DNA from: a virus
Lineage: Duplodnaviria; Caudoviricetes
Length of the DNA stretch: 64,000 bases
Virus record (IMG/VR): IMGVR_UViG_2510065010_000001
Span: 131,040-195,039 of that record
Direction: 5' to 3' (one strand)
This document shows, piece after piece, positions 20,601 to 25,787 of the stretch. Every line of letters starts with the position of its first letter. The first letter of the stretch is position 1. Made by a program: the position numbers and the translations under genes. A model generated the notes under the pieces. It worked only from the letters and a program-made list of their open reading frames with translations. It did not search any database and had not been told where the DNA came from.

Positions 20601-21476
20601 TACCGCAAGATTTCTAATATGTCGAAGCATCCGTTTCACGGAAACGAGAGAACACCAGGGGGTGGTAGCTCTGCCAGTGGACGTTATCAAGCTATGGGAC
20701 ACACATGGGCAGAAGCAGCAAGGAATTATGGACTGAAAGATTTTAGTCCTGCATCACAAGATGTTTTTGCTGTCGCAAAACTAGCAGACCGAGGTATTTT
20801 AGAGCGTATTGCAGCTGGTAAGATTAACGATCCATTTGTGCGCCGTCAGTTAGGTTACGAATGGGCATCGTTTGAAGGTAATCCGTATGGACAAGGAACC
20901 TCAATGGGTAGTTGGAGTAAAGCGATTCCTTTCTTTCACAAACGAGTAAAAGCTTACCGTAACCCTATTGGTCCAGAGGAGATGGAAAAGGTAGCAGAAT
21001 CGTTTACACCTCCGTCTGAAAGAGTTACACCTACTGAACAATCTGTCCCAGCTTCAGCACCAACTGAAACTATAAAACCTGCTCATGTTGTTTCACCTTC
21101 AAACCAAAAGCGACGTAGGAAGAACCTACATTCATCTGTGCACACGCCTGCTGCAGATGTGAATAAACTGAATCAAGCGGCAGTTGTTCAGCCTATGAAT
21201 CTTGGCGTTGTTGAAAAGATGCTGGCAGTTGTTAACAACGTATCGGAGCAGGCAAAAAAATCAATCAAGCCCCCAAGCAATAAACAAATTCAGGTTGCTA
21301 CTGCACAGTTACCTCAATCAGTAGCCTCACTCGATACAACATGTAATTCTCAAAAGCATGATTGCCTGCAAGCAGTTGTTGCAGGCAATCATATAGACTT
21401 AAGCTCTTTAACAGGATACCTAAAAGATTGGGTATCTGTTACGGGGATGACATCACCTTTAGAGTTTGCAAGTTAA
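5622..21476 (+). CDS. giant (5284 aa) tape-measure-like/ejected virion protein: tandem PLD-like domains, HExxH motif, glycine zippers, SleB-type hydrolase, M23-like peptidase, lambda-type lysozyme
   Basis: HAK..STANLS and HTK..GSHNFT; LLHEASH; LAALAIMEA..VAQAVFNR..GQFEP; GYGNRVIV..YAHL..GRTGSTTGAH; RAVLDTIAYAEG..ASGRYQ..DFSPASQD. Confidence 0.8.
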   Translation: MLGFSPISELIPASSVPTRTEDFLRSAESGTLTATIYSTPHDQSLLENAGRVVINRGKQSGSTDKLDRFIESSYLKGYDVRTFSSPSAEQRLHAKTYTAILNQVATAHVSTANLSETALQQTPGSRQERIRQYSGKVFQENLAFQTTDRSLVAQISHFQSAVSQNRVPSSTQNVAVGGTASQATAHRISRAKRGDRVILSGPYLDDPLVVASLLTAKAQGAEVTVLSANPNTRFETATSGTGEHREAVNQLSAAGVKVLTPTEDDPLLIHTKALAIVGESEALFALGSHNFTNAAKSNRSVDLLLMLNDPRLAKELYHNLSNTQGVQQQKREAVEVPSLLELKMTLQGRGGLYRVSSLGERGPNLSMPFYPTRMDGAFFKFFNDKNTPFPNLNIYSNLYVSRTGRTETPDVIKQLDREISDPGLGYSFNKLVGQPIYESGFGIIGSGLKSVGKLIDWALGFEAHKEREDERDNKSIGGIRKYFSSAYQSSYGKESQGPFESIFSNFYQLGAGAAATLSFYVGVDLPLKYFKAMLETDYAEMLLQLPGDSPKNWMAKGVLQVAPMLRTTMFGPAIGGALNEVIQDTTTTPQNFTTRLYDRLYKPGNVLKDPTRVAVTQEGKLTSIQLGDEGLYAASQMLRRFDQVRFEQLTAPILEAINPYTVDSIHYQTYKQSLTQLTETVGKPTEILFQQRAEDPNVYRPVFKNLGVERVREIAKRYDDLASLLPANLTYWVPPLRRLLNLDEFDPMQHMTVRDVISFEDAVLWTDRFYKHTVAVLQNPAQNVRQILKAWSGEVELLRTERKLIKELSKEFAPTQFSFQAQHADDVAANLSALHRYGENVLDRTNQQVQTILNDQRVVKYSKQLEAQRKLLEQSPFRLLNENVVVSESKYKPFESDARHKVSNMRRILARVGIALLADRIADQFIFQPLGANLLTQIKAHQELSTQEGQVARFQFTGDLSKEFVIASQLGAGAAVGFLLPDALDKGNRPQSISTVLDPLREFQKSLKLTERSIYKSASEEILESADIQVSRQALASTNKRYKTLQAEIQGLKYRRVGLRFNTSAAIAAGLVAGFGLKTLSMGAAYVLNLINNNTSGISPSGMDAYFSSTFERLTQEGIAKAVTREDYVNLAIGHTLAQSFLNSGKQKQKVYTVATQLTSPFIQVPFLLKADSVTGKASLSVGLQLMPLLGSGVTPALPFSIRLNKDELDSFDIGAQVPGLFSSFQIASVMARGMLSALTFGNSLIYEKESVYEKGMEFVGLSTALLLGANKLSQADIRSKLANRIGSNHSLLKQLDDVDKHTRALRQISRGALEFSNKTLRFIYSLPVAFASSTLQAVAPIINPQLANFKVPKGLRKAAPYYLSLVMANLMADPDGGYVGESFKDPLTKVGGVLGAGLLTGAVLDRMGVFADTESLAAQFQASTRNLSAKEYRQLVQDWLPKAKAGTSAADYIDELVENLRTAPASSITSKRAVSRQLLSTISAPSLWEQAHRISELKFLHEVSDGSLKTPNKIDLPYKNLKSIGGRIAAAAMGLFALRGTAYALASMMPEGLLSNLYNTPVLGATLRLLSGVEPEPKSRQGVLAGERPRGAYGVLNKLAKTLSFGLFELPKASGLYSDTTDPFLNLIGPLGATFKSHKTNYYIQYASSFSDISATAYDFVRGGLSTDLLARTYGLMHLGQAKSLSEALAQIRGAAPRQKLATYETITPYEMDAVQSAGISRALGLRQFRLQHASNQRASELLLDFLKEGYAFGELGHDIMPGYQMQYRGYKPFDFLAHSDFIYQKSTIEGGEPRQQDPYEAFLNWFQKSQWKSRKLAESYNPFDLTNGLGSFSNAAWLTAPLGVLLTFGAISAGTEITAKLSAYVAQTEISKLTEASKLSQGKQLTAPYRYVFTSGNLPGSGKSTIFQIDKLNRYSNVHRLPIDVSEIIDGSPFELVSGINKSYQNLHNRVGKYFTGSYLTQVKNLLTQVEGATDTQKAQLTRTFKSTVQNEVTKIVRQQMQRVVLKGTDLNLYRAFYGGSSRNAPSNIRAYVDETKLLLGQALDEVLDEVNKLGDLTAESRYLQILKLNARFEQSEGLQRFLGRLSEPIRGSYDLDTDRRSWMKWVDQQLSGEDAKSSVPQGKVQRSLGNFAFNQPAFTRPWTEGFLTTTIKGLKGASMLTGAWVATGRSLYEIFESGAILLGGSSQPISTRLAAGEQMTSGALYWGISAGIAGVAAMIGLGPLGAIALGIGSLIGLDHLKATSTPLRQLEQGLVKSVGRFLAQPVESAAKLADSFGLGSFVRTAGNAIATPISFIASTVSAPFRFLLENFAAPFLQEQNLSLFSDSLPVQVVKTLLLPRSVYTQFDSYEPRSSTLAGREPFVGGNIALHLKRQQTANIQNAISANTFIDETTVYPLAIGRLSSSGDRLTEQKYFDSSAGGRVLQAFGPGNYRISNSLRLALQRRQAMYHAMVTVAAIARPPEPANLSSYSFLHAASSTLLKLQLEDLSQPITIKLSQQLSDSFITLKGLYSKVSEALWKPANWLLTVANRVKSRLSYLVEPITKFKLDFSFLKINKPDFRFNVPKVGVPNALKSIRLPSVDFSRLTDKIFDSLDWALDKISDFNLGSKVPSYDIGNFFPNGSLPSFSRVTTKLSSTFSLVSEKLDPVINRLKVAFSNISAANLPNFTTPDVNVSGIADPLEKVVKTATRNVQKAIPRIGFALSDALASVPKGLSPGLFFGGLDFLSAFLADARLKSLDEADPFKEFQRAYQEAGASFVGFTVGGFVASLTRNPLLSFGASILGGILGLNIGDSLARSAYKNQEENPVLTYIQQSLTTASAVTLIQLPNLIKSRSVARTALLNIGLSFATGGLGPVTQLSAVHSFSNFIKSFQEQPGKLSTWIARTKELIQDTAEAFKFWSSGEVSGQYVKATRSLSRNILLGLGTEADIPLTSVRTRSSGSRFSIEGSYQSKYRSIQLSKATARVLGREAVGRRVRPTDLAEARFTLLHEASHALDDLGQKQRLTLDDLDQFIYSHATTRSNVQELKDLLTRSSQSSTVALYQRFSGDVNASFLQQVYSDELSANVRALDEYIKRYPGQVDDLLKVLRRTSNAGITDKYESILELIKDRTSFVDPGVRYRRAASKAFRVERAVLGDVLNAPKRFVKGFVSHKSTAPLINLRFAGQAPDMSGWNLAVQTFNADFSDLPKPVGKILGGVAKGIGSYRMLRSGSSILAASLRNVALTTLGSLEKVINPAYAATYNLNSKMSAGGVSAIGLVDSVFIGVDLFQGIQSNADYAALNKKLRQNPAQVQAFKREIIKLRNSQLGGFLGATLGAAAGLISKNPLYGFILGGAAGLVAPLVGFFGLSAYLGQQDLEYAANGHALYDPMQSPSIYLRVNKQLLAEKEATTRVLRPLRSSIKKFVSQTMRLVGRAVFQAAKLGYNALSHLTALGVAATTTTAAFLGSSLALAIPVLGKAYNLLEFGAKGFGRFAYSLGKPLFPVVAYPIRQLGKLTRKGIALSATVVNKVTEFTTNQVAKLGRFSQQILSNVWSSGVYVASQALRMASKAESYLGEAAAKLYQYIPQFSYWSDDLFLPALKFAGSTALKTAQLSMAAGRAVLSSSFSLVKSTVKAFTQTVRFASENSYKLAKPIINASIQGLQLGVSAAFEIARPIASLTNNLLRSSFYLGSSVLKAGVHTVSLLARTGFNVLSKVTQALAQSAGSELLRIGGGIYSELATFAKYIPGYLKTKGSLLRQLGRSASSLVKATVNIGSAIALSAGKALVRGSRFAASVIGSSAQALWQTTQRLTGLRSVFPFLTNLAIGATNLLYKTLGKPAIAATSLALKLGGRVITTSAKAAFHLLKTTHLPKGFVSKTISALRDIGEYASITTMSAARSFIKTTGAYLRESSKLLSNLGTLTGQTAKFLFDSSVATTKAVATFGKHIINGTGQVTSYALRSTLAAARFAKSTVKSAGKLLAFAGSVTNQLVDRGIRQLVRYTPGLAKTILAHGYKETFLNVLSPALDLATVGGGVFKAGQLNAYSSLSEVEEAYIQAGAGRGSLVGSVFGLFAMGPLGDVAGSLLGQFIGSEAAKERARLRYEARDYGIVPILEDFVEPLTRDTVLAGYVGKQVGKMGSAAVQSYLQNSLAKIASGKANKLDRMVTAASAAYRQGFRSQVAQATGRFSRVLGHAPGAASIGKLVGGTSKVVTKTAGKILQILGPAIDVTRIGAGYVQSQSARTEAEYQVSVRRTSGGLGSIAGGLIGGALGGPIGAVAGSLLGDFVLDKVGENLAQEAYMRNVSAGTITTGQIAGGVIGAGVGLLAGGLLVGAGLVAAVATAPILLAAAGIGLLVGAVAGGYAMLTGKKKDESKTRLVQVAQRRRARWNTPDALNQPIKKQSIIKQTDNEILDVTKRSKERLAIAQSYLSPTQQPESATNVMTQAKTSNQTQRDQQRQWWSGVYEGVVAVGRKSMELVEGVRSYIKRTYSDFQTILSKVSEFKASLFNKSQKTSAKESLPTTQVEVSDPTDTSTVTGTPVTVKGGVKLNEADAYRLAALAIMEAPTRMGRLDVAQAVFNRINAPKVGAASYGSSVTAVVFASGQFEPYFGVSASEIKNRSDAVSILKRKRGMSSAQANQLLNQFFADVADPAKMAQARKHVGGRTDFKGTTMYSNMVKGEDKLRTYGENFFHIGSGQSYKQLAKLEQLGPSVIVKEGQELPKSVAGSSPPQNLSGRLSGKVVPFKGIIVTSAVDASGEPGLDYVVESGKRGAQFGSLTSGQVIEVVANQNWESHLERGDTRRGYGNRVIVRSKDSKTGEFVDILYAHLDRVNVKKGQSVVVGSVLGTQGRTGSTTGAHVSVDFYAKDANHASRASIAMRDRLARELSRGAPNLNKQVKQTQQAAATQAPATVPTTASTISKSAPTVSTEQNGQIVTTSKLNTTRQSATTKSVDKIASSTPIRIPSGLNARGKKMAQYLANPNVRAVLDTIAYAEGLWGKPGGGYDLGFNYRKISNMSKHPFHGNERTPGGGSSASGRYQAMGHTWAEAARNYGLKDFSPASQDVFAVAKLADRGILERIAAGKINDPFVRRQLGYEWASFEGNPYGQGTSMGSWSKAIPFFHKRVKAYRNPIGPEEMEKVAESFTPPSERVTPTEQSVPASAPTETIKPAHVVSPSNQKRRRKNLHSSVHTPAADVNKLNQAAVVQPMNLGVVEKMLAVVNNVSEQAKKSIKPPSNKQIQVATAQLPQSVASLDTTCNSQKHDCLQAVVAGNHIDLSSLTGYLKDWVSVTGMTSPLEFAS

Positions 21477-21492
21477 CTAACTTGTTCTACTT

Positions 21493-21621
21493 CTACATGC
21501 ACTTTTCTTCCGTACCCACCCGCTTCAATTTTAATTGTAACGGCTTGGTTGTGCGGTCTGCCTTCTGCAGATACCGTGGGCTTACATACGCTTGGATGTA
21601 TTGATTGTTGTTACCAGTCAT
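21493..21621 (-). CDS. possible 42-aa small ORF (MTGNNNQYIQAYVSPRYLQKADRTTKPLQLKLKRVGTEEKCM)
   Basis: Fills the intergenic gap; translated by hand; no recognisable motif. Confidence 0.3.
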   Translation of the reverse strand: MTGNNNQYIQAYVSPRYLQKADRTTKPLQLKLKRVGTEEKCM

Positions 21622-21630
21622 TTTTTTGAA

Positions 21631-21660
21631 CACATACTCAACGGATAAGTGCACTACGCT
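21631..21660 (+). promoter_or_regulatory. candidate phage late promoter CACATA-N18-TACGCT
   Basis: Boxes and spacing identical to 2161; about 40 nt upstream of ATG 21699. Confidence 0.6.
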
Positions 21661-21698
21661 GAGTGCGTTATAAAAGTTCGTTTTATTCTTGCTCCATT

Positions 21699-22067
21699 AT
21701 GGCAACTGACCACCTATCACTTTTTCTCTCAACTTCAGCGGAAGGTGTACCTGTTCTTGTTACATCAACAACCCACCCGGCGCAACTTGTGCATGTAGCA
21801 CACGCAACTGCTCACGACTACATTACTCTTTGGGTTAATAACTTTCACACTGATGACGTAGAAGTAAACACTTACGTCACAGCCAACGGAGTTGCTTCAG
21901 ATAGTACGTCACCTGTTGCATCCACCATCATTATTCCACCTAAATCAGGAAAAGCCATTCTGGAACCAGGAGTACCTTTAACGGGTAGTCGAAATTTGAA
22001 AATAAGGGCGTCAGTCACAAATGTCGTGACTTTTCAAGGGTATGTCTATCGTCGCATCCAGACTTAA
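21699..22067 (+). CDS. small beta-rich putative virion protein
   Basis: Likely start MATDHL at 21699; first gene of the tail-appendage cluster. Confidence 0.55.
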   Translation: MATDHLSLFLSTSAEGVPVLVTSTTHPAQLVHVAHATAHDYITLWVNNFHTDDVEVNTYVTANGVASDSTSPVASTIIIPPKSGKAILEPGVPLTGSRNLKIRASVTNVVTFQGYVYRRIQT

Positions 22068-22070
22068 ACC

Positions 22071-23033
22071 ATGCGTTTATCCTTATCAAAAGGTTCAAGT
22101 GGGGTTATTAATCTCCCTAAAAACTTGAAAGTGAATGCACAAAGACTTCAGGGTGTTTTAGTAACAGTCCCGAACACCGATGATGAAGTTTTTGTGTGGA
22201 GGAATAATACCTGGTTACCAGACAAGTTTTTGCCCAGTATAGGGATAGAAGGACTTACTCTATCTAATAATGCGATCGACGCTGACCACGATTTGAATTT
22301 TAGTGCGGGTGCTGCCCTAACTACGATTGGACAAAGAAGAGTCGCAAGACTCGATACAACTTTAGTAAAACAATTAGATAGTTCTTGGGAAGCTGGCAAC
22401 AACAGCGGTGGTTTATTTAATGATGTAAACCTAGAAGCACCCAATACTTACCATTGCTTTCTTTTAGTTAATAACTCTACAGGAGAAGTGGATGCTGGTT
22501 TTGATGATAATCTAAATGCAGAAAATCGCCCAGCCGGATGGTCTGCTAGACGAGTTGGTTCCATTTTATATAGAGGTTCCAGCATTGTTGCGTTTAATCA
22601 GTTTGGGTGGTTTTTTGAGCATAAAACTCCCATAGTTGATTTGAATGGTGTTGAAATAGCCACAACTAGTACTCTATATACGTTAAGTGTACCAACGGGA
22701 TTACCTGTGGAGGCTTCCTTTATTTTTGCTGGTGGTTTAGCTGGTGATATTGAAGGCGGGGACGTTAGTATTTCTGTGCAATCACCGGACCAAAACACGC
22801 AGACTCCAAATTTGGGTCCACACGTAGGTTCCTTTCGGGGAACTTATGGCAGCTTTTTTGTGTTTACTCCAGTAGACCTCACTGACACAACTACGGTTTT
22901 ATCGTTACTCAGGCACACAAATGCAGAAGCAAAGATAAAGATGATTAGAACCGGAGAATACTTAGGGAGTGCTTGGCAGACCACTTTAATAACTACTGGG
23001 TGGTATGACCATGCTTTGCTAAGGGGATACTGA
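22071..23033 (+). CDS. tail fibre/spike-type protein, paralog 1
   Basis: Shares EGL, TYH.FL, .DAGFD, P.GW..RR.GSI and GW.D motifs with the next two genes. Confidence 0.65.
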   Translation: MRLSLSKGSSGVINLPKNLKVNAQRLQGVLVTVPNTDDEVFVWRNNTWLPDKFLPSIGIEGLTLSNNAIDADHDLNFSAGAALTTIGQRRVARLDTTLVKQLDSSWEAGNNSGGLFNDVNLEAPNTYHCFLLVNNSTGEVDAGFDDNLNAENRPAGWSARRVGSILYRGSSIVAFNQFGWFFEHKTPIVDLNGVEIATTSTLYTLSVPTGLPVEASFIFAGGLAGDIEGGDVSISVQSPDQNTQTPNLGPHVGSFRGTYGSFFVFTPVDLTDTTTVLSLLRHTNAEAKIKMIRTGEYLGSAWQTTLITTGWYDHALLRGY

Positions 23034-23989
23034 TGTACAGCAACCTGAACCCTTACGTAATAAACGTATACTCTCAACGTCCGTTATGGAACGCTGCTTC
23101 TTTTCGTGGTCTGCATGTTAGAAGAACACAGGAGGCAACTACAAATGCACTCTTCTGGACAGGAACTCAATTTGAACCGCTGCCTTCTTTGAAAGCAACT
23201 CATCTCGAAGGTTTAACAATCGTAAACAACTCAACTAACCCAAACACGCATATCGATGTTACACCCGGTTATTGTGTCACAACGGTTGGTGGTCGGTACG
23301 CTGTTCAAGCAGTTAGCTCGTTAACTAAAAACTTGGAAGCGACGTGGGCACCAGGAAACAATAACGGTGGTCGTTTCAACTCTGTTTCTTTGACAGACAG
23401 CACTTACCATTTTTTCCTAATTTTCAACCCTCAAACAAAAGCGATCGATGCCGGGTTTGATAGTGCAGTTAGCGGCACAAACATTCCTACAGGTTGGGTT
23501 GGTAGACGGTTAGGCTCAATCAGAAGGGTATCTGGTGCAATTGAGCTGTTTAATCAAATTGGTGCTTACTTTCAACGAAAGACTGTTGCTGTTGACTTAA
23601 ACTCCATTGCTATACCAACTACGGGAGCTGATTATACGTTGAGTATTCCGGTTGGAAAATCCATGTTGGCGCATGGAAATTTTTCCCCTGGTGCAACCGC
23701 AATAAATGAAGCAATGGCACTAGTAGTCCATAGTCCTAATAAAACTAGTTTTGTGCCTAACTCCAGTCCGGCTACTGCAGACTTTAAGGGTACATCTGGA
23801 TCGTGGTTGTTTTACGATACCGTTGTTGACTACGCTCTGGTTTCACCAAACACAGAAGTTTGGGTACCAACTAACGGTAATGCTCAAGCTCATTTTCGTA
23901 GGACGGGAAACTATGCAGCTGACGTAAACCAGCAGTCAACTTTTCAGACTCTTGGGTGGTATGATTTATCCCTACTGGAGGGTTTATGA
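23033..23989 (+). CDS. tail fibre/spike-type protein, paralog 2
   Basis: TYHFFL..IDAGFD..PTGWVGRRLGSI..TLGWYD. Confidence 0.65.
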   Translation: MYSNLNPYVINVYSQRPLWNAASFRGLHVRRTQEATTNALFWTGTQFEPLPSLKATHLEGLTIVNNSTNPNTHIDVTPGYCVTTVGGRYAVQAVSSLTKNLEATWAPGNNNGGRFNSVSLTDSTYHFFLIFNPQTKAIDAGFDSAVSGTNIPTGWVGRRLGSIRRVSGAIELFNQIGAYFQRKTVAVDLNSIAIPTTGADYTLSIPVGKSMLAHGNFSPGATAINEAMALVVHSPNKTSFVPNSSPATADFKGTSGSWLFYDTVVDYALVSPNTEVWVPTNGNAQAHFRRTGNYAADVNQQSTFQTLGWYDLSLLEGL

Positions 23990-24951
23990 CACTCTTTCCA
24001 AGACGAAGTGGGTCTATTAACAATATCTGTCTGCATAGAAATTTTGACGCTACTTCAATTAAAAGTGTGCCTGTACCAACGCAAACTCCGTCAGTTGGGG
24101 AAATTCTTGGTAGGTTTAACACTGAGATTAAAACTGCTCCTTATTTTATTGCCACAGCACCAGAGGGGTTGAGTTTATCCTGGCATAGTAGCTCAGAGAT
24201 AACGGTTAAATCTGGAAGAGCTGTCACAACTATTGGAGCTTACTGGCAAGCGTATTTACCTACGGATGTAACAAAGAGTATTTCGTCCACCTGGACGTAT
24301 GGAGGAGCTGGCGGAAGATTCTCTGGGGTAACTCTGGAAGCTGGCACCTATCATGTATTTTTGATTTACGATCTATCAACCGGATTAGTTGATGTTGGAA
24401 TTGATAATAGTATAGTGGCAGCAAACAGACCGTCAGGATGGTTTGCTAGAAGGCTCGGCTCAATTGTCTACAAAGACGGTGTTATCTTAAAATTTTTCCA
24501 GAACGGGTTTTTGTTTGAGTACGATGTGCCTCAGCGAGATATTATTGACGGTGCAATTGCTGATACTCCAACGTTGTATGTGCTTACGTTACCAACAGGT
24601 TTAGCAGTAATCGCAAAAATAATACTCTCAGCTGGCGTACCTTTGATAGATTTAGGAGCAAAAGCCATAACGATTAGTATGCAATCTCCTTTGTCCACAA
24701 TGTTACCCCCGCAAAGTACTATCCAGCTATCGACAGGTTTTCAGGGGATGGCAGGAGGTGTGTCCGTTGTTCACACTTTATCTTTTAATAACTCACTTAC
24801 AGTAAACTCTTCGACTAGCGAGTATAAGATCCCCACAAATACGTCTGCTCAAATTCAAATGCAACGTATTGGTACGTATAACTGGACGCTAGCAACTACT
24901 AGTATTCAAACGCTTGGTTGGGAAGATTTCAACCTTTACAAAGGTGGGTAA
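23986..24951 (+). CDS. tail fibre/spike-type protein, paralog 3
   Basis: TYHVFL..VDVGID..PSGWFARRLGSI..TLGWED. Confidence 0.65.
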   Translation: MTLFPRRSGSINNICLHRNFDATSIKSVPVPTQTPSVGEILGRFNTEIKTAPYFIATAPEGLSLSWHSSSEITVKSGRAVTTIGAYWQAYLPTDVTKSISSTWTYGGAGGRFSGVTLEAGTYHVFLIYDLSTGLVDVGIDNSIVAANRPSGWFARRLGSIVYKDGVILKFFQNGFLFEYDVPQRDIIDGAIADTPTLYVLTLPTGLAVIAKIILSAGVPLIDLGAKAITISMQSPLSTMLPPQSTIQLSTGFQGMAGGVSVVHTLSFNNSLTVNSSTSEYKIPTNTSAQIQMQRIGTYNWTLATTSIQTLGWEDFNLYKGG

Positions 24952-25001
24952 ACTTCAATTATCTAAAAGTAAATATTGACTGATCACAAAAGGTAAAACA
25001 A

Positions 25002-25454
25002 ATGTTTGTACAGAAAGATAGTAACGGCAATATCATTAGCGGAGCATTTGCAAACTTCCAGGAAGGCGTAGCTGAACACCCTATTACAGAAGAGGAGTGG
25101 CAAGAGTTTCAGGTGTCTCAGACAACTAATGTAAATGTGTTTTCAGTACAAACTCCAACACAAAAACTATTTCAAAGGATAAAAGAACAGCCTGAGTTCC
25201 CTTGGCAAAAGTTTTACGATTCCGCAAAAATTTCAGTGGAAGCTCAAGCTGTTTTTACTTTATTATTTACTGGACTAACTTCGAATCTATCCTTAGATTT
25301 TATTGCATCTAGATTCAAAGAACTTTTAGATATTTTAGAGCAAGATCCAAAACTTCCGAAGTTAACGGCTCCTGAAATGGATAAGTTTAGAGAAGTTTTA
25401 CAAGAAAGTGGTATCGAACTAGCTTTATTTTTCGAATCAGAAACCTTTAACTAG
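25002..25454 (+). CDS. putative tail fibre assembly/chaperone-like protein
   Basis: Directly follows the fibre-like genes; N-terminus FVQKDSNGNII..F...Q...AE. Confidence 0.4.
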   Translation: MFVQKDSNGNIISGAFANFQEGVAEHPITEEEWQEFQVSQTTNVNVFSVQTPTQKLFQRIKEQPEFPWQKFYDSAKISVEAQAVFTLLFTGLTSNLSLDFIASRFKELLDILEQDPKLPKLTAPEMDKFREVLQESGIELALFFESETFN

Positions 25455-25787
25455 CTTTACGAATTTTTGACCGCAGTATAACCCGATTAGCATAAAACAA
25501 CTTGCAATAAGTGCTTGAACCCAGTTCATGTTTTTGATAAGCAATACTATTGGGATTGAAAGCTTGTTTACATGAAAAACAGAGAAGACAAAAACTAAAA
25601 CAGCGATTAAAACGTGTTCTACTTTAGATCGTGTAGCTTTGTCCACTAAAGTATCTACAGTGAAGACAATGGCGGCTGCAGGTATAAAGGTTGCAATAAA
25701 GTAAGGGACAGTTAGCAGTAACAAGATGGGTAAACTCATGTTAGAAAGGGTGGGAAAACCCACCCCGGTATTATTTTCTCGACTCAC
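25437..25787 (-). CDS. small membrane protein
   Basis: Three to four hydrophobic segments. Confidence 0.5.
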   Translation of the reverse strand: MSRENNTGVGFPTLSNMSLPILLLLTVPYFIATFIPAAAIVFTVDTLVDKATRSKVEHVLIAVLVFVFSVFHVNKLSIPIVLLIKNMNWVQALIASCFMLIGLYCGQKFVKLVKGF

